A DNA stretch of 64,000 bases from assembly GCA_944329445.1 (NCBI GenBank), contig CALVIH010000002.1:8242-72241 (forward strand). Direction: 5' to 3'. This DNA is from an uncultured Bacilli bacterium (GTDB taxonomy: Bacteria > Bacillota_I > Bacilli_A > RF39 > UBA660). The position numbers and the translations under genes are program-made. Of the stretch, positions 28,114-37,475 are shown piece after piece (the stretch's first letter is position 1; each line of letters opens with the position of its first letter). The notes under the pieces are model-generated. The model had not been told where the DNA came from and did no database searches. It worked only from the letters and a program-made list of their open reading frames with translations.

Positions 28114-29336
28114 GCATCAAATACATATCCAGAATTACCAATATTTATTAAATATTTACTAATTTTTTCAATATTTAACTTTGTTTCTTTAAAATCTGGA
28201 TAAACAATTTTAAAGATAACTTCTAGTTTGCTTTTTAATTTTTCATAAAAACATTCTTCATCATTATTAAAACAATAATAATTTAATTCATCATTAAAAC
28301 TACTATTTAAATTTACAGAATCAATTGAATAAAGCAATACTGGTAATAAAGCAGAAACTAATTTTAAGTTTTCTCTATATGCATGAATAATAGTATTATT
28401 AAATAATATTAAAATTTTTTTGTATAATTCTTTATTTGTTTTTCTAATTGCATAAAATGTCATATCCATTATTGCATCCATATTATAACCAAATAAATCA
28501 GAAATAATCGATGCCATATCAATAGGTAATAAGCAATAATCATCATATGTAATAATTTCCTTTTTCTCTGCAAACAAAACTATTTCCATAATTTTTTTTC
28601 GTAATTCCAAATCACTTTCTGAATAGCCTAATATTTCTTTAAAGTTGGATTCATAAGTATTTAATTGTGGTTCCATTCCATTATGTGTTTGCAAATCAAT
28701 TACTATATCTCTTATTAATTTCAAGTCATATAAATAACTCCAATTAATAAACAAATTTGTTCTATAAAGTAAATTAAAATATTGTATTCTTTCAAAAAAA
28801 CTAGCATTTTCAAAATCAAATAAGTAAATTTTTTGTTTTTCTTTAGAAACAACCATATTTCTAGGACAAAATCCTGGGTATTCAATTCCTAATTCACACA
28901 ATAATTTCAACATTTTTTCAAAATCATTTATTGTAAAACATAATTCATCCTGTGAGTATAAATGCTCTTGTAAAGTATTTCCCATATAATTAGTTGCAAT
29001 ATAATTTTTACCATCAACATTATATAATTTAGGTTCTATAACTTCAAGTTGAAAATTATTAATTTTTTTTCCTGTTATTAATGTAGAAGCCAACAAAGTA
29101 TTTGACATTTCTATTTTTGATTTTTTAGGATTCATATACTTTATAAGATATTCAACATTTCTATATCTAAAGATCCTAAACCTGTTATTTACATCTAATA
29201 ATTCAGAATTGTGAAAAAAATTATATATTGGATCTTTGTATGCAATTCTTATTGCATCTTCAAAATTATCAGTTTCAACAATATTGATATCATTGCTTTT
29301 ATGTAACGCACTATATAACTTACCCATTTTCACCAT
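28062..29336 (-). CDS. Kinase-fold (choline/Kdo-kinase-like) protein with a C-terminal helical extension; last gene of the 7-gene operon
   Basis: GFCPRNMVV ... KIYLFDFENASF resembles the catalytic loop and the DFE (Brenner) motif of choline/APH-type kinases, but the catalytic Asp is not evident. The 3' end overlaps the IS right inverted repeat. Confidence 0.4.
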   Translation of the reverse strand: MVKMGKLYSALHKSNDINIVETDNFEDAIRIAYKDPIYNFFHNSELLDVNNRFRIFRYRNVEYLIKYMNPKKSKIEMSNTLLASTLITGKKINNFQLEVIEPKLYNVDGKNYIATNYMGNTLQEHLYSQDELCFTINDFEKMLKLLCELGIEYPGFCPRNMVVSKEKQKIYLFDFENASFFERIQYFNLLYRTNLFINWSYLYDLKLIRDIVIDLQTHNGMEPQLNTYESNFKEILGYSESDLELRKKIMEIVLFAEKKEIITYDDYCLLPIDMASIISDLFGYNMDAIMDMTFYAIRKTNKELYKKILILFNNTIIHAYRENLKLVSALLPVLLYSIDSVNLNSSFNDELNYYCFNNDEECFYEKLKSKLEVIFKIVYPDFKETKLNIEKISKYLINIGNSGYVFDALSNVNVKSFGENNRKS

Positions 29337-30297
29337 CTTCTAAAAATTCATTCATAAATGCCGCGCCTATCATTCCTGCACTATTACCAAGTTTTGCTTG
29401 AATAACATTAACCTTCGGAGTACATTTATAACCATAATCTCTCTTAGCAATATATTCATTGATTTTTTTAAACAAAAAATCTCCTGTTTCTGAAATTCCA
29501 CCGCCAATTATTATTGCTTCTGGTCTAAAGCAATTACATATGTTTAATATACCTTCACTTAAATATTTTACATATTTATTGATTACCTTATTAGCCGATT
29601 TATCATTTAATTTAGCACAAGTGAAAGCTAAAGTCCCATCAACATTTTCGATATTGCCATAAACATGACTCCACATCAAAGAATTTTTGTTATATAACAT
29701 TTCTTCTTTTGTATACCTAATTAATGCTTTTGCAGATGCATATGCTTCAAAACATCCATGCCTACCACAAGTACATAATTCGCCATTCATCATTAATAGA
29801 GTGTGTCCAACTTCTCCGCCTTTATCTCCATTTCCTTCAAATAATTTCCCGTTTATAACAATTCCAGCACCTATTCCAGTTCCTATTGTCATAACAATCG
29901 CACTTTTATATTGCATACCAGCCCCAAACATCATTTCACCTATACAAGCTGATCTTGAATCATTACAGATTTTCATAGGAATAGTTATTCCTTTATCTTT
30001 TAATAATCCAATTATAGGAACATTATTCCACGATAAATTCCCAGAAAATTCAGCTAACCCTTTTTTTCTATTAACAATTCCTGGTATGCCTAATCCAATA
30101 AAAGATAGAAATGTATCACTTATACTCTTATTTTTTTTTATTAAATAATTTATTAAATTATATAAATTATCAACAACACTTATTTTTTCATCATCATTGA
30201 AAGTTTGGACTTTGGTAGAAAATAAAACATTTCCTTTATCATCTATAATTCCACCTTTTATAAAAGTCCCGCCAACATCTATACCTATTCTATTCAT
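29320..30297 (-). CDS. ROK-family sugar kinase (glucokinase/N-acetylhexosamine kinase-like)
   Basis: RIGIDVGGTFIKGG N-terminus and the zinc motif CTCGRHGCFEAYAS. Confidence 0.75.
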   Translation of the reverse strand: MNRIGIDVGGTFIKGGIIDDKGNVLFSTKVQTFNDDEKISVVDNLYNLINYLIKKNKSISDTFLSFIGLGIPGIVNRKKGLAEFSGNLSWNNVPIIGLLKDKGITIPMKICNDSRSACIGEMMFGAGMQYKSAIVMTIGTGIGAGIVINGKLFEGNGDKGGEVGHTLLMMNGELCTCGRHGCFEAYASAKALIRYTKEEMLYNKNSLMWSHVYGNIENVDGTLAFTCAKLNDKSANKVINKYVKYLSEGILNICNCFRPEAIIIGGGISETGDFLFKKINEYIAKRDYGYKCTPKVNVIQAKLGNSAGMIGAAFMNEFLEDGENG

Positions 30298-31321
30298 ATC
30301 TTAACACCTTATCCTTCACATTTAGATCGATAGCAAAATCCAATGAACGTATTGGAATTTTCTTCATTGTTTCTTCTCTTTTTAGCCATATATTTTCAAA
30401 ATATTCCTCAAATGTTTCAAACTCGTAGTATTCCTTTCCAATAGTCGGTAATACACCTAAATCAATTATAATCCATTGCTGTTTTTCTTCGCACCAAATA
30501 AAATTACCAGGATGAATATCTAGAATAATTTTATTAAATAATAATGAATACGTAGAGTAAAATAATCTTAAAGATTTTATTTGTTTTTCCGTAAAAGGAA
30601 TATGATTAAAAAGATAATACTCTCCATTCTCTCCGCTTACAAAATTGTGCATCAAAAATTTATTCACAGCATCAAAAGTATAATTTTCGGGTAAAAATTT
30701 ATTTAAATCTGTTTTTGATAAATAGTTATACGAATCCATTTCCTGTTGCATCAGAAATAATTTAGATGCAACAGTTTTTGGATATTTTATAATTACATTT
30801 TTTTCTAAATAAATATTTGATATAGCACCAGTATCATTGAGCAGAAACAAATTTTCTAATTTGTTTTTTTTTAATGTTACTACCCTATATAAATACATAA
30901 GTGAAAACTCAATTATGTTTTTTATATCTTTTTCAGTTATAGGCATTGTATAAATAATATTATTGAATGCATATAAAACAAGAGGACACAAACCATTGTC
31001 TGCCAAAATATTATTCAGTAATAAACTGTTTTCAAAAAGGTTATCTTCTGGTTTCATAACATTATTAAACAAAACTACTATATCATTTACATTATTAATC
31101 TTAATGTTTCTTTTACTTTTTAAAAAAGTCCTGTTATCGTATAATAATTTTTCTAAAAAAGCATAATAATAATCGTATTTTTTAGAATCGTTCTCTTTTA
31201 AATACATTAAATGATTTTTATAAACCACAAAATTAATTTTATTTTTTTCTTCATAAGTCATTTTAGAATAAAACAACATATAATTAAATAAATCTTGATT
31301 ATTTAATTCACTAAGTTTCAT
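30290..31321 (-). CDS. APH/choline-kinase-family phosphotransferase
   Basis: ILDIHPGNFIW (D-x-H-P-G-N catalytic loop) and IIIDLGV (metal-binding Asp) in the C-terminal lobe. Confidence 0.5.
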   Translation of the reverse strand: MKLSELNNQDLFNYMLFYSKMTYEEKNKINFVVYKNHLMYLKENDSKKYDYYYAFLEKLLYDNRTFLKSKRNIKINNVNDIVVLFNNVMKPEDNLFENSLLLNNILADNGLCPLVLYAFNNIIYTMPITEKDIKNIIEFSLMYLYRVVTLKKNKLENLFLLNDTGAISNIYLEKNVIIKYPKTVASKLFLMQQEMDSYNYLSKTDLNKFLPENYTFDAVNKFLMHNFVSGENGEYYLFNHIPFTEKQIKSLRLFYSTYSLLFNKIILDIHPGNFIWCEEKQQWIIIDLGVLPTIGKEYYEFETFEEYFENIWLKREETMKKIPIRSLDFAIDLNVKDKVLRYE

Positions 31322-31322
31322 A

Positions 31323-33251
31323 TTACCTTTTTAGACCATTTGGATATTTATCTAAATATTCTTTAGTTTTTTTCTTTATATATTTTACATCTGTTTCATT
31401 TTTTAAAGACTTATCAAAGAAATAATTAGAATTATCAAAATAATATGTTACTTCTTCCAACGAAAGTCCAAAAGGATTTTCATTATTTATAAATTGTTCA
31501 ACGTCTAAATCCTTTGGAGGCTTATGATACTTTAATTCTCTCATTTTGAATCCAGAATTTATTAATTTTTCATCATGATATAATTCTATTTTATACTTAG
31601 CATCTACATAAATCGCATCTATGCCTTTTTGTAGTGCGAATTGAATAGCTTCATTAATATTATTAATAATTGGTTCTCCAGCATCGTTCAAAGAAGTATT
31701 ACATAAAACAGGAATTTTTGTCCTAGCATAGAATGATTTCAATAACTCATATAAATTTTTATTACTTTCTGAACTAACACTTTGAATTCTCGCAGTTCCG
31801 TCATAATGAGTTACAGCAATTAAGTCATCTCTGTATTTTTGTTTAATACTCAAGTTCAATAACATATATGGTGAAAATCTATAATCTTCAAATATTTCTG
31901 AACCATGTTCATCCATTATTAATGGCGCTACTGGTCTCCACCACTGTCTTTTTTTAATAACATTAAGTTTATCTTTTATTGCTTGATATCTTGGATCGCC
32001 TAAAATTGATCTATCTCCCAAAGCACGAGGACCTATTTCTGCTCTTCCATCAATCCATATCATAATGTTATTTTCTAATTCAGCAGCAATTTTATCAATT
32101 GTAATCTCTTTAATTTCTTTTATATATTTTTTGTTTTCTGCGTTTATGGAATTAATACCACCATGATATTGTCCATAATATACTGTATTCAAGTTAACTT
32201 TTGCTTTTCCAGTAGAAAGTAATGGATAAAATGCCGCTAGGCCTACTCCTAAAGCAATACCTGTATCACTTGCACATGGAGGAATTTGATAGTTCTTAAA
32301 TTTGTATTTTTTTAATATTGAACTGTTAGTTGGACAATTTAAAGCAAAACCTCCTGCTAAAGCAATTGTTGTTTCCTTAGGATCCAATTTAAATGTTGAC
32401 AATATTTTATCAATATGTTTAAATACCATTTTTTCAGAAAGAACAGAAATTATTTTCATAACCATACTAATATAATTTTCTTGTTCTGTAAAATTCTCAT
32501 TAAATTTTGAACATTTTATACCTATATCCTCTTTTTTTATAGATAAAACTTGATTGCATATATCTTCAACAATAAATTGTGCATTTCCTCTAGCTTCTTC
32601 ATTATAGAAAGTTATACCATCATATTTTGAATAATCAAAATTATAAAATTCTGTGTCCATAGCTGTAGCCAATGCCATTAATGACCCTTCTCTTAAGCCA
32701 AATTTTTTATATGAATAACTCCAAAATCTTGCAGGTGATTCAACTTCAAAAAATTCAATTTTACCATTATTTATAACAGCACCTGAATAATATTGCAAAT
32801 CATATGCATTATTTTCAAAGCAACTATCTGGTCCTGCATCCAGAGCCAAAGCAATAATTTTATCAGAAAAAGGGGTACTATTTGAATAAAGTATACTTGT
32901 TAATAAATGTGCAATATTATGAAAGCATACTCTTGAGTCAATATAATTCATATAATTATTATCTATTTCTATACCTTTAGTACCCCAGATCCCTTTAATA
33001 TCATTTAGCGTTAACTGCTCTTCTTCTAATAATTTATTTATTAATTCTAATAAATAATCTTTGCTATACGCCGCAATTTGATGTTGCTTTATACCAGTAA
33101 TTCTTTCTAACTCCCAATATTTTACTAATTTAATTTCATCGTCAAAATAACTCCATAATGCGATAGTATGATCATGCCTAACTTTTACCTTTAAAATATT
33201 TTGCAATTCTCCAAAAGATAAAAATGTTGATATATAATAACCTTCTTCCAT
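31323..33251 (-). CDS. NodU/CmcH/TobZ-family O-carbamoyltransferase
   Basis: ERITGIKQH, ALAGGFALNCPTNS, and C-terminal GPRALGDRSILGDPR...KRQWWRPVAPL (Carbam_trans_C-type block). Confidence 0.7.
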   Translation of the reverse strand: MEEGYYISTFLSFGELQNILKVKVRHDHTIALWSYFDDEIKLVKYWELERITGIKQHQIAAYSKDYLLELINKLLEEEQLTLNDIKGIWGTKGIEIDNNYMNYIDSRVCFHNIAHLLTSILYSNSTPFSDKIIALALDAGPDSCFENNAYDLQYYSGAVINNGKIEFFEVESPARFWSYSYKKFGLREGSLMALATAMDTEFYNFDYSKYDGITFYNEEARGNAQFIVEDICNQVLSIKKEDIGIKCSKFNENFTEQENYISMVMKIISVLSEKMVFKHIDKILSTFKLDPKETTIALAGGFALNCPTNSSILKKYKFKNYQIPPCASDTGIALGVGLAAFYPLLSTGKAKVNLNTVYYGQYHGGINSINAENKKYIKEIKEITIDKIAAELENNIMIWIDGRAEIGPRALGDRSILGDPRYQAIKDKLNVIKKRQWWRPVAPLIMDEHGSEIFEDYRFSPYMLLNLSIKQKYRDDLIAVTHYDGTARIQSVSSESNKNLYELLKSFYARTKIPVLCNTSLNDAGEPIINNINEAIQFALQKGIDAIYVDAKYKIELYHDEKLINSGFKMRELKYHKPPKDLDVEQFINNENPFGLSLEEVTYYFDNSNYFFDKSLKNETDVKYIKKKTKEYLDKYPNGLKR

Positions 33252-33262
33252 ATTTTCCTCCT

Positions 33263-35524
33263 TTATCTAAATACAAATGGTCTTGGTTTATGCGGAACTT
33301 CTTTTGCTTCAAAAGTATCTTTTATTTTATCAAAATCCTTAATGTGTTTCATTAATTCATCAACAAATTTATCAACATATTGTCTATTAAAATGTGCAGA
33401 CATTGGATAAGCTTTTAAAACACCTATCTTTTTTCCATTGGATAAAACGTGATATCCTGATGAATAATCAATAGTGAACGAACACTTACCTTGTTTTTCC
33501 TTTTCAAGTAAATATGTATAAAATTTGTAATTATACTCGCCAAATTTTTTGGCATATTCCAAATCTCCATTACCTAAATCAAAGAAAGATGGAACATTGT
33601 TTTTTTCTTTTGCAACAAATAATGTTACAAATCCATTACTATCTAAGTCATTTATTACTTCAAATTTTCCAGTTTGTTCAAGTTTTTCTTTCAAATATTG
33701 TGAAGAATCCAAGAGATTTGCCATTATTTTTTGATATCCTTGAATACCTAACATTTTCAAATTAACATAAGCCGAAATAGGTCCACTTAATGGTCTCGAC
33801 AATTCAAGAGTATATTGGAATGGTGAATAATTGCCAAATTCTAATTCATCATATGGAATATTAGGAGCATCACCTTGTTCATATAATTCAGTTTTATCTT
33901 TAGTAATATATAGACTTGCTAGATAAGAACAAAAACCAGTTTTATGGAAGTCTACTCCAAATGAATCAGCGTATTTTATATCTTTAATTTGCTCTGTTAA
34001 AAACTTAATCTTATTTAAAGCTTTTGTATGAATATTTAATGGATTTTCATTAAAATCATAATCTTTAAAGAATAACCATACCCAACCAATTACTGAATCA
34101 ACATGAACTCTTGGAATATAATCAAGGTTATATTTTTTTACCATTTTATTTCTTAATTCAACAATTTTTTTTATAGGATCAATAGTCATTTGAATAGTAG
34201 TACATCCATTTACAATGATTGTAGCCACCTTTTTTCCTAAAGATAGAGCTTCATCAAATTCCTTCTCCAATTCATTTAAATCCACAACACCCATAGAATC
34301 TATTTTTATTCTTTTACAATTATTTTCACCTATACCTAACCATCCACAAACTTCAACATGGCAGATATGACCTTGAGTATTTGAAAAAACAATTATTTCA
34401 TCTTTTATTCCTGTTTTTCTAAAATCCTTATTTACTCTTTGGATACCATGTTTAACTGCATGCATATTTGTTGATTTGCCTCCAAATGTAAATATACCGC
34501 CGGATTTTTTATAGTCAATATCAGCTAATTCACTTATCATTTTTATAGTTGCAAGTTCAGTAGTCATCAATAATCCGCACGATAAATCTTGTGCTGCATT
34601 TGGATTATATAATGAGAAATAACTACTTGCTGCTAAAGATTCAATTGTAGGAACAGGATTAACGTTTGTTAAAGTACCTGGATTATTCCATAAAACCATA
34701 CCTTCTGTATATTTAGTTAATTGTTCATATACTTCATCAACACTTTGTGATTCAAATTTTAAATTTTCGTATTCCAAAAATTCTGCATATTTTTTATTTG
34801 TATTTTTAGGAATTCTTGAATAAGAATGGATTATGTTTTTGTCAACTTTCTTATGTAATAACTCAATATCATTCAAAAATTCAGCTATATCCATTGTTTC
34901 TGGATTTAAAAAATGTTTATTCATATTTAATTTTTCCTTTTCATAATTAATTTTTTCTAATGCATCTTCAATATTGCTTATTTCTCTTTTGTTTTTTATA
35001 TACATTGTTTTAAAGCCTAAAAAACTTGCCGGCTTTATATCAACCATATAATTATCACCTATTACATAAATTTGTCGTGGTGACAATTTATATTTTTTTA
35101 CGATTTTTTTGTATATTTCAAATTTATTTTTATGTTTATCAGTACAATAAATTTCGTCAAATAATTTTTCAACACCTAAATTTTTAAGTATTTCTTTAAC
35201 ATGATACTCACATGAATTAGAGCAAACGATCTTTTTACCATCTAACTTACACAATTCTTTTTTTAAATTATCATTTTTATCAAAATATTCATTGTAATTT
35301 ATATCTTTATATACTTCTTTATAAAAATCCTTTTTATCAATCTTTAACTTTTCTAAAGCAATTAATAAATCAGGAATTTCTTTTTCTAAATTTTTATATT
35401 CGTTTTCTGTTAAATGTCCTTTTTGCTTTATATAGTTTTTAATTCTTTTGTCAATTATTTTCGAAATGCGATTACTTTCATCATATAATGTTCCATCTAA
35501 ATCAAAGATAAATAATTGTTTCAT
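33263..35524 (-). CDS. Fusion protein: N-terminal HAD-superfamily phosphatase plus PLP-dependent group-II decarboxylase
   Basis: HAD motifs FIFDLDGTLYDE, CSNS, YVIGDNYMVD (residues 1-200); decarboxylase motifs SGGIFTFGGKSTNMHAV, HVDSVIGW and the PLP-lysine block SFGVDFHKTGF. Confidence 0.65.
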   Translation of the reverse strand: MKQLFIFDLDGTLYDESNRISKIIDKRIKNYIKQKGHLTENEYKNLEKEIPDLLIALEKLKIDKKDFYKEVYKDINYNEYFDKNDNLKKELCKLDGKKIVCSNSCEYHVKEILKNLGVEKLFDEIYCTDKHKNKFEIYKKIVKKYKLSPRQIYVIGDNYMVDIKPASFLGFKTMYIKNKREISNIEDALEKINYEKEKLNMNKHFLNPETMDIAEFLNDIELLHKKVDKNIIHSYSRIPKNTNKKYAEFLEYENLKFESQSVDEVYEQLTKYTEGMVLWNNPGTLTNVNPVPTIESLAASSYFSLYNPNAAQDLSCGLLMTTELATIKMISELADIDYKKSGGIFTFGGKSTNMHAVKHGIQRVNKDFRKTGIKDEIIVFSNTQGHICHVEVCGWLGIGENNCKRIKIDSMGVVDLNELEKEFDEALSLGKKVATIIVNGCTTIQMTIDPIKKIVELRNKMVKKYNLDYIPRVHVDSVIGWVWLFFKDYDFNENPLNIHTKALNKIKFLTEQIKDIKYADSFGVDFHKTGFCSYLASLYITKDKTELYEQGDAPNIPYDELEFGNYSPFQYTLELSRPLSGPISAYVNLKMLGIQGYQKIMANLLDSSQYLKEKLEQTGKFEVINDLDSNGFVTLFVAKEKNNVPSFFDLGNGDLEYAKKFGEYNYKFYTYLLEKEKQGKCSFTIDYSSGYHVLSNGKKIGVLKAYPMSAHFNRQYVDKFVDELMKHIKDFDKIKDTFEAKEVPHKPRPFVFR

Positions 35525-37458
35525 CTATTTTTATTCAACCTCTTTAAAACCATTTTTTTTATCCCTTCATCATCAAATTGATAATGTTTAATCAAATCAT
35601 CAACTTTACCAGACGTACCTTCATAATACCCATGTCCATATATAAATTTAGGTCTTGGTAATGTTTCACTACTCAATATTGTGCTTGATACATGTTGTGG
35701 AAGTATTTCTGGACTACCATTATATAATGTAATAATAGGAGCATCATTAACTAATAATTCATTTGCTTTTTGTTCAAACTTATTTGGGCATACCATGTTT
35801 ATTACATTTGTTGGAATTCCATAATTTATTTCCAAATCTTTTGCAACTTTTACAGCATTTTCTCCCATAAAACCAGTAGAAATTAGCACAAGCCTAGGTT
35901 CTTTATCAGTTTGATGAATATAATAGGCAATAATATTATCTTTATCACTATCGTTTCGTTCAATATTTAAAGTCCCATGATGTATTCTAACATAATTCAA
36001 ACCAGTATTTTTCTTTAAGATTGATGAATATATATTGTATAAATCCACATTATCAGCCGGTTCATAAAAATTCACATCTGGTATGGTCATTAAAGCACCT
36101 GGCTGTGATACAGTTTGATGTGTTTTTCCGTTATGTCCTTGAAATATTCCTGAATTTTCTCCAATAACTAATATATTACTTTCGCCCGTTGCTGCTGCAT
36201 TAAGTTGATCCATAAACCTGTACGAAAAAGCATCTCCACTACATAATATAATTCTTGCATCACGATTTTCCACTGAAATGCCATGAGCCATTGCTATAGC
36301 ATGTTGTTCTCTAATTCCTGTATTAATAAAATGCGTAAAATTTTTAAAGTCTGCTAAAGTCTCTGTATCCTTTCTTATCAAATCAGGTGTAATAAAATAT
36401 ATATTTGACTTATCATGACTTTGTATTACATTTTTTCTTAATTCTTCAAAAAACTGATCTTGTGCATCTTCAACATTTATACCAGTATGATCCGTATGTA
36501 TGTCAAATACATCAGAATCAATATAGTTATTCTTAATAATTACATTAGACGGAGTAGAAATAAGTTTCTTTGCAAGTGAAGAAATGTTTTCACAACTTAA
36601 TCCTTGCTGTTCTAACGCTGTTTTCATTTCTTTATAAGTCTCTATTATAAGTTCTTTTTCTTTTTTACTAGCACCTGATAATGTATGATATCCATTAAAA
36701 TGTTCAATGGCATTTTTAATTCCATAAGCTTTTGTTGTATTTGCAATAATCATAATTGGTTTATTTTGTTTTTGTGTCTTACTATATGCATCTAAAACTT
36801 CTTGTATATTATTACCATCTTCTATAGATATAACATCCCAGCCATATCCTCTCCATATTTCTTCAATATTTGCTCCAGAATCATGATAACTTGTTGCTCC
36901 TGATAATTGTTTACCATTTTTATCCAATATACATATTAGATTATTTAAATTTAAATTAGCTGCATGACGAGCTGCTTCAGAAATATTTCCTTCTTGTTCT
37001 TCACCATCCCCTAGGAAAACAACTATTTTTGAATCAATACTTTTATCCTTATTTGCTATTGCAGAACCTACTCCATAAGAAAGAATCATTCCTAATGAAC
37101 CACTTGGTGTAATATCTACTCCAGGAACAAAAAACATATCCTCGTGTCCTTGCAATCTAGACCCTAATTGTCTGTACCCTTTTAATTCATCTGGTTTAAT
37201 GTATCCTAATAGTGAAAATATTGTATATCTCAAAGGGCCTTCATGACCTCTTATCAAAACTCTATCTCTATTTGGATTTTTCGAGTCTTCTGGATCAAAA
37301 TTAAAAACTCCTCCAAAATACAAAGCTGTTAACAACTCTACTGAAGACATATTTCCTCCAAGATGCCCATTATTTGCATTTAGAATTGTTCCTAATGCTG
37401 TTGTTCTAACATAATTAGCGATCTTCTTTAATTCATCTAATCTTTCTTTTTCCGTCAT
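35521..37458 (-). CDS. Transketolase-family thiamine-diphosphate enzyme
   Basis: GHLGGNMSSVELLTALYF, NPNRDRVLIRGHEGP, GYRQLGSRLQGHED, and the TPP motif GDGEEQEGNISEAARHAANLNLNNLICILDKN. Confidence 0.7.
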   Translation of the reverse strand: MTEKERLDELKKIANYVRTTALGTILNANNGHLGGNMSSVELLTALYFGGVFNFDPEDSKNPNRDRVLIRGHEGPLRYTIFSLLGYIKPDELKGYRQLGSRLQGHEDMFFVPGVDITPSGSLGMILSYGVGSAIANKDKSIDSKIVVFLGDGEEQEGNISEAARHAANLNLNNLICILDKNGKQLSGATSYHDSGANIEEIWRGYGWDVISIEDGNNIQEVLDAYSKTQKQNKPIMIIANTTKAYGIKNAIEHFNGYHTLSGASKKEKELIIETYKEMKTALEQQGLSCENISSLAKKLISTPSNVIIKNNYIDSDVFDIHTDHTGINVEDAQDQFFEELRKNVIQSHDKSNIYFITPDLIRKDTETLADFKNFTHFINTGIREQHAIAMAHGISVENRDARIILCSGDAFSYRFMDQLNAAATGESNILVIGENSGIFQGHNGKTHQTVSQPGALMTIPDVNFYEPADNVDLYNIYSSILKKNTGLNYVRIHHGTLNIERNDSDKDNIIAYYIHQTDKEPRLVLISTGFMGENAVKVAKDLEINYGIPTNVINMVCPNKFEQKANELLVNDAPIITLYNGSPEILPQHVSSTILSSETLPRPKFIYGHGYYEGTSGKVDDLIKHYQFDDEGIKKMVLKRLNKNR

Positions 37459-37475
37459 GTATTTTTCTCTCCAAT

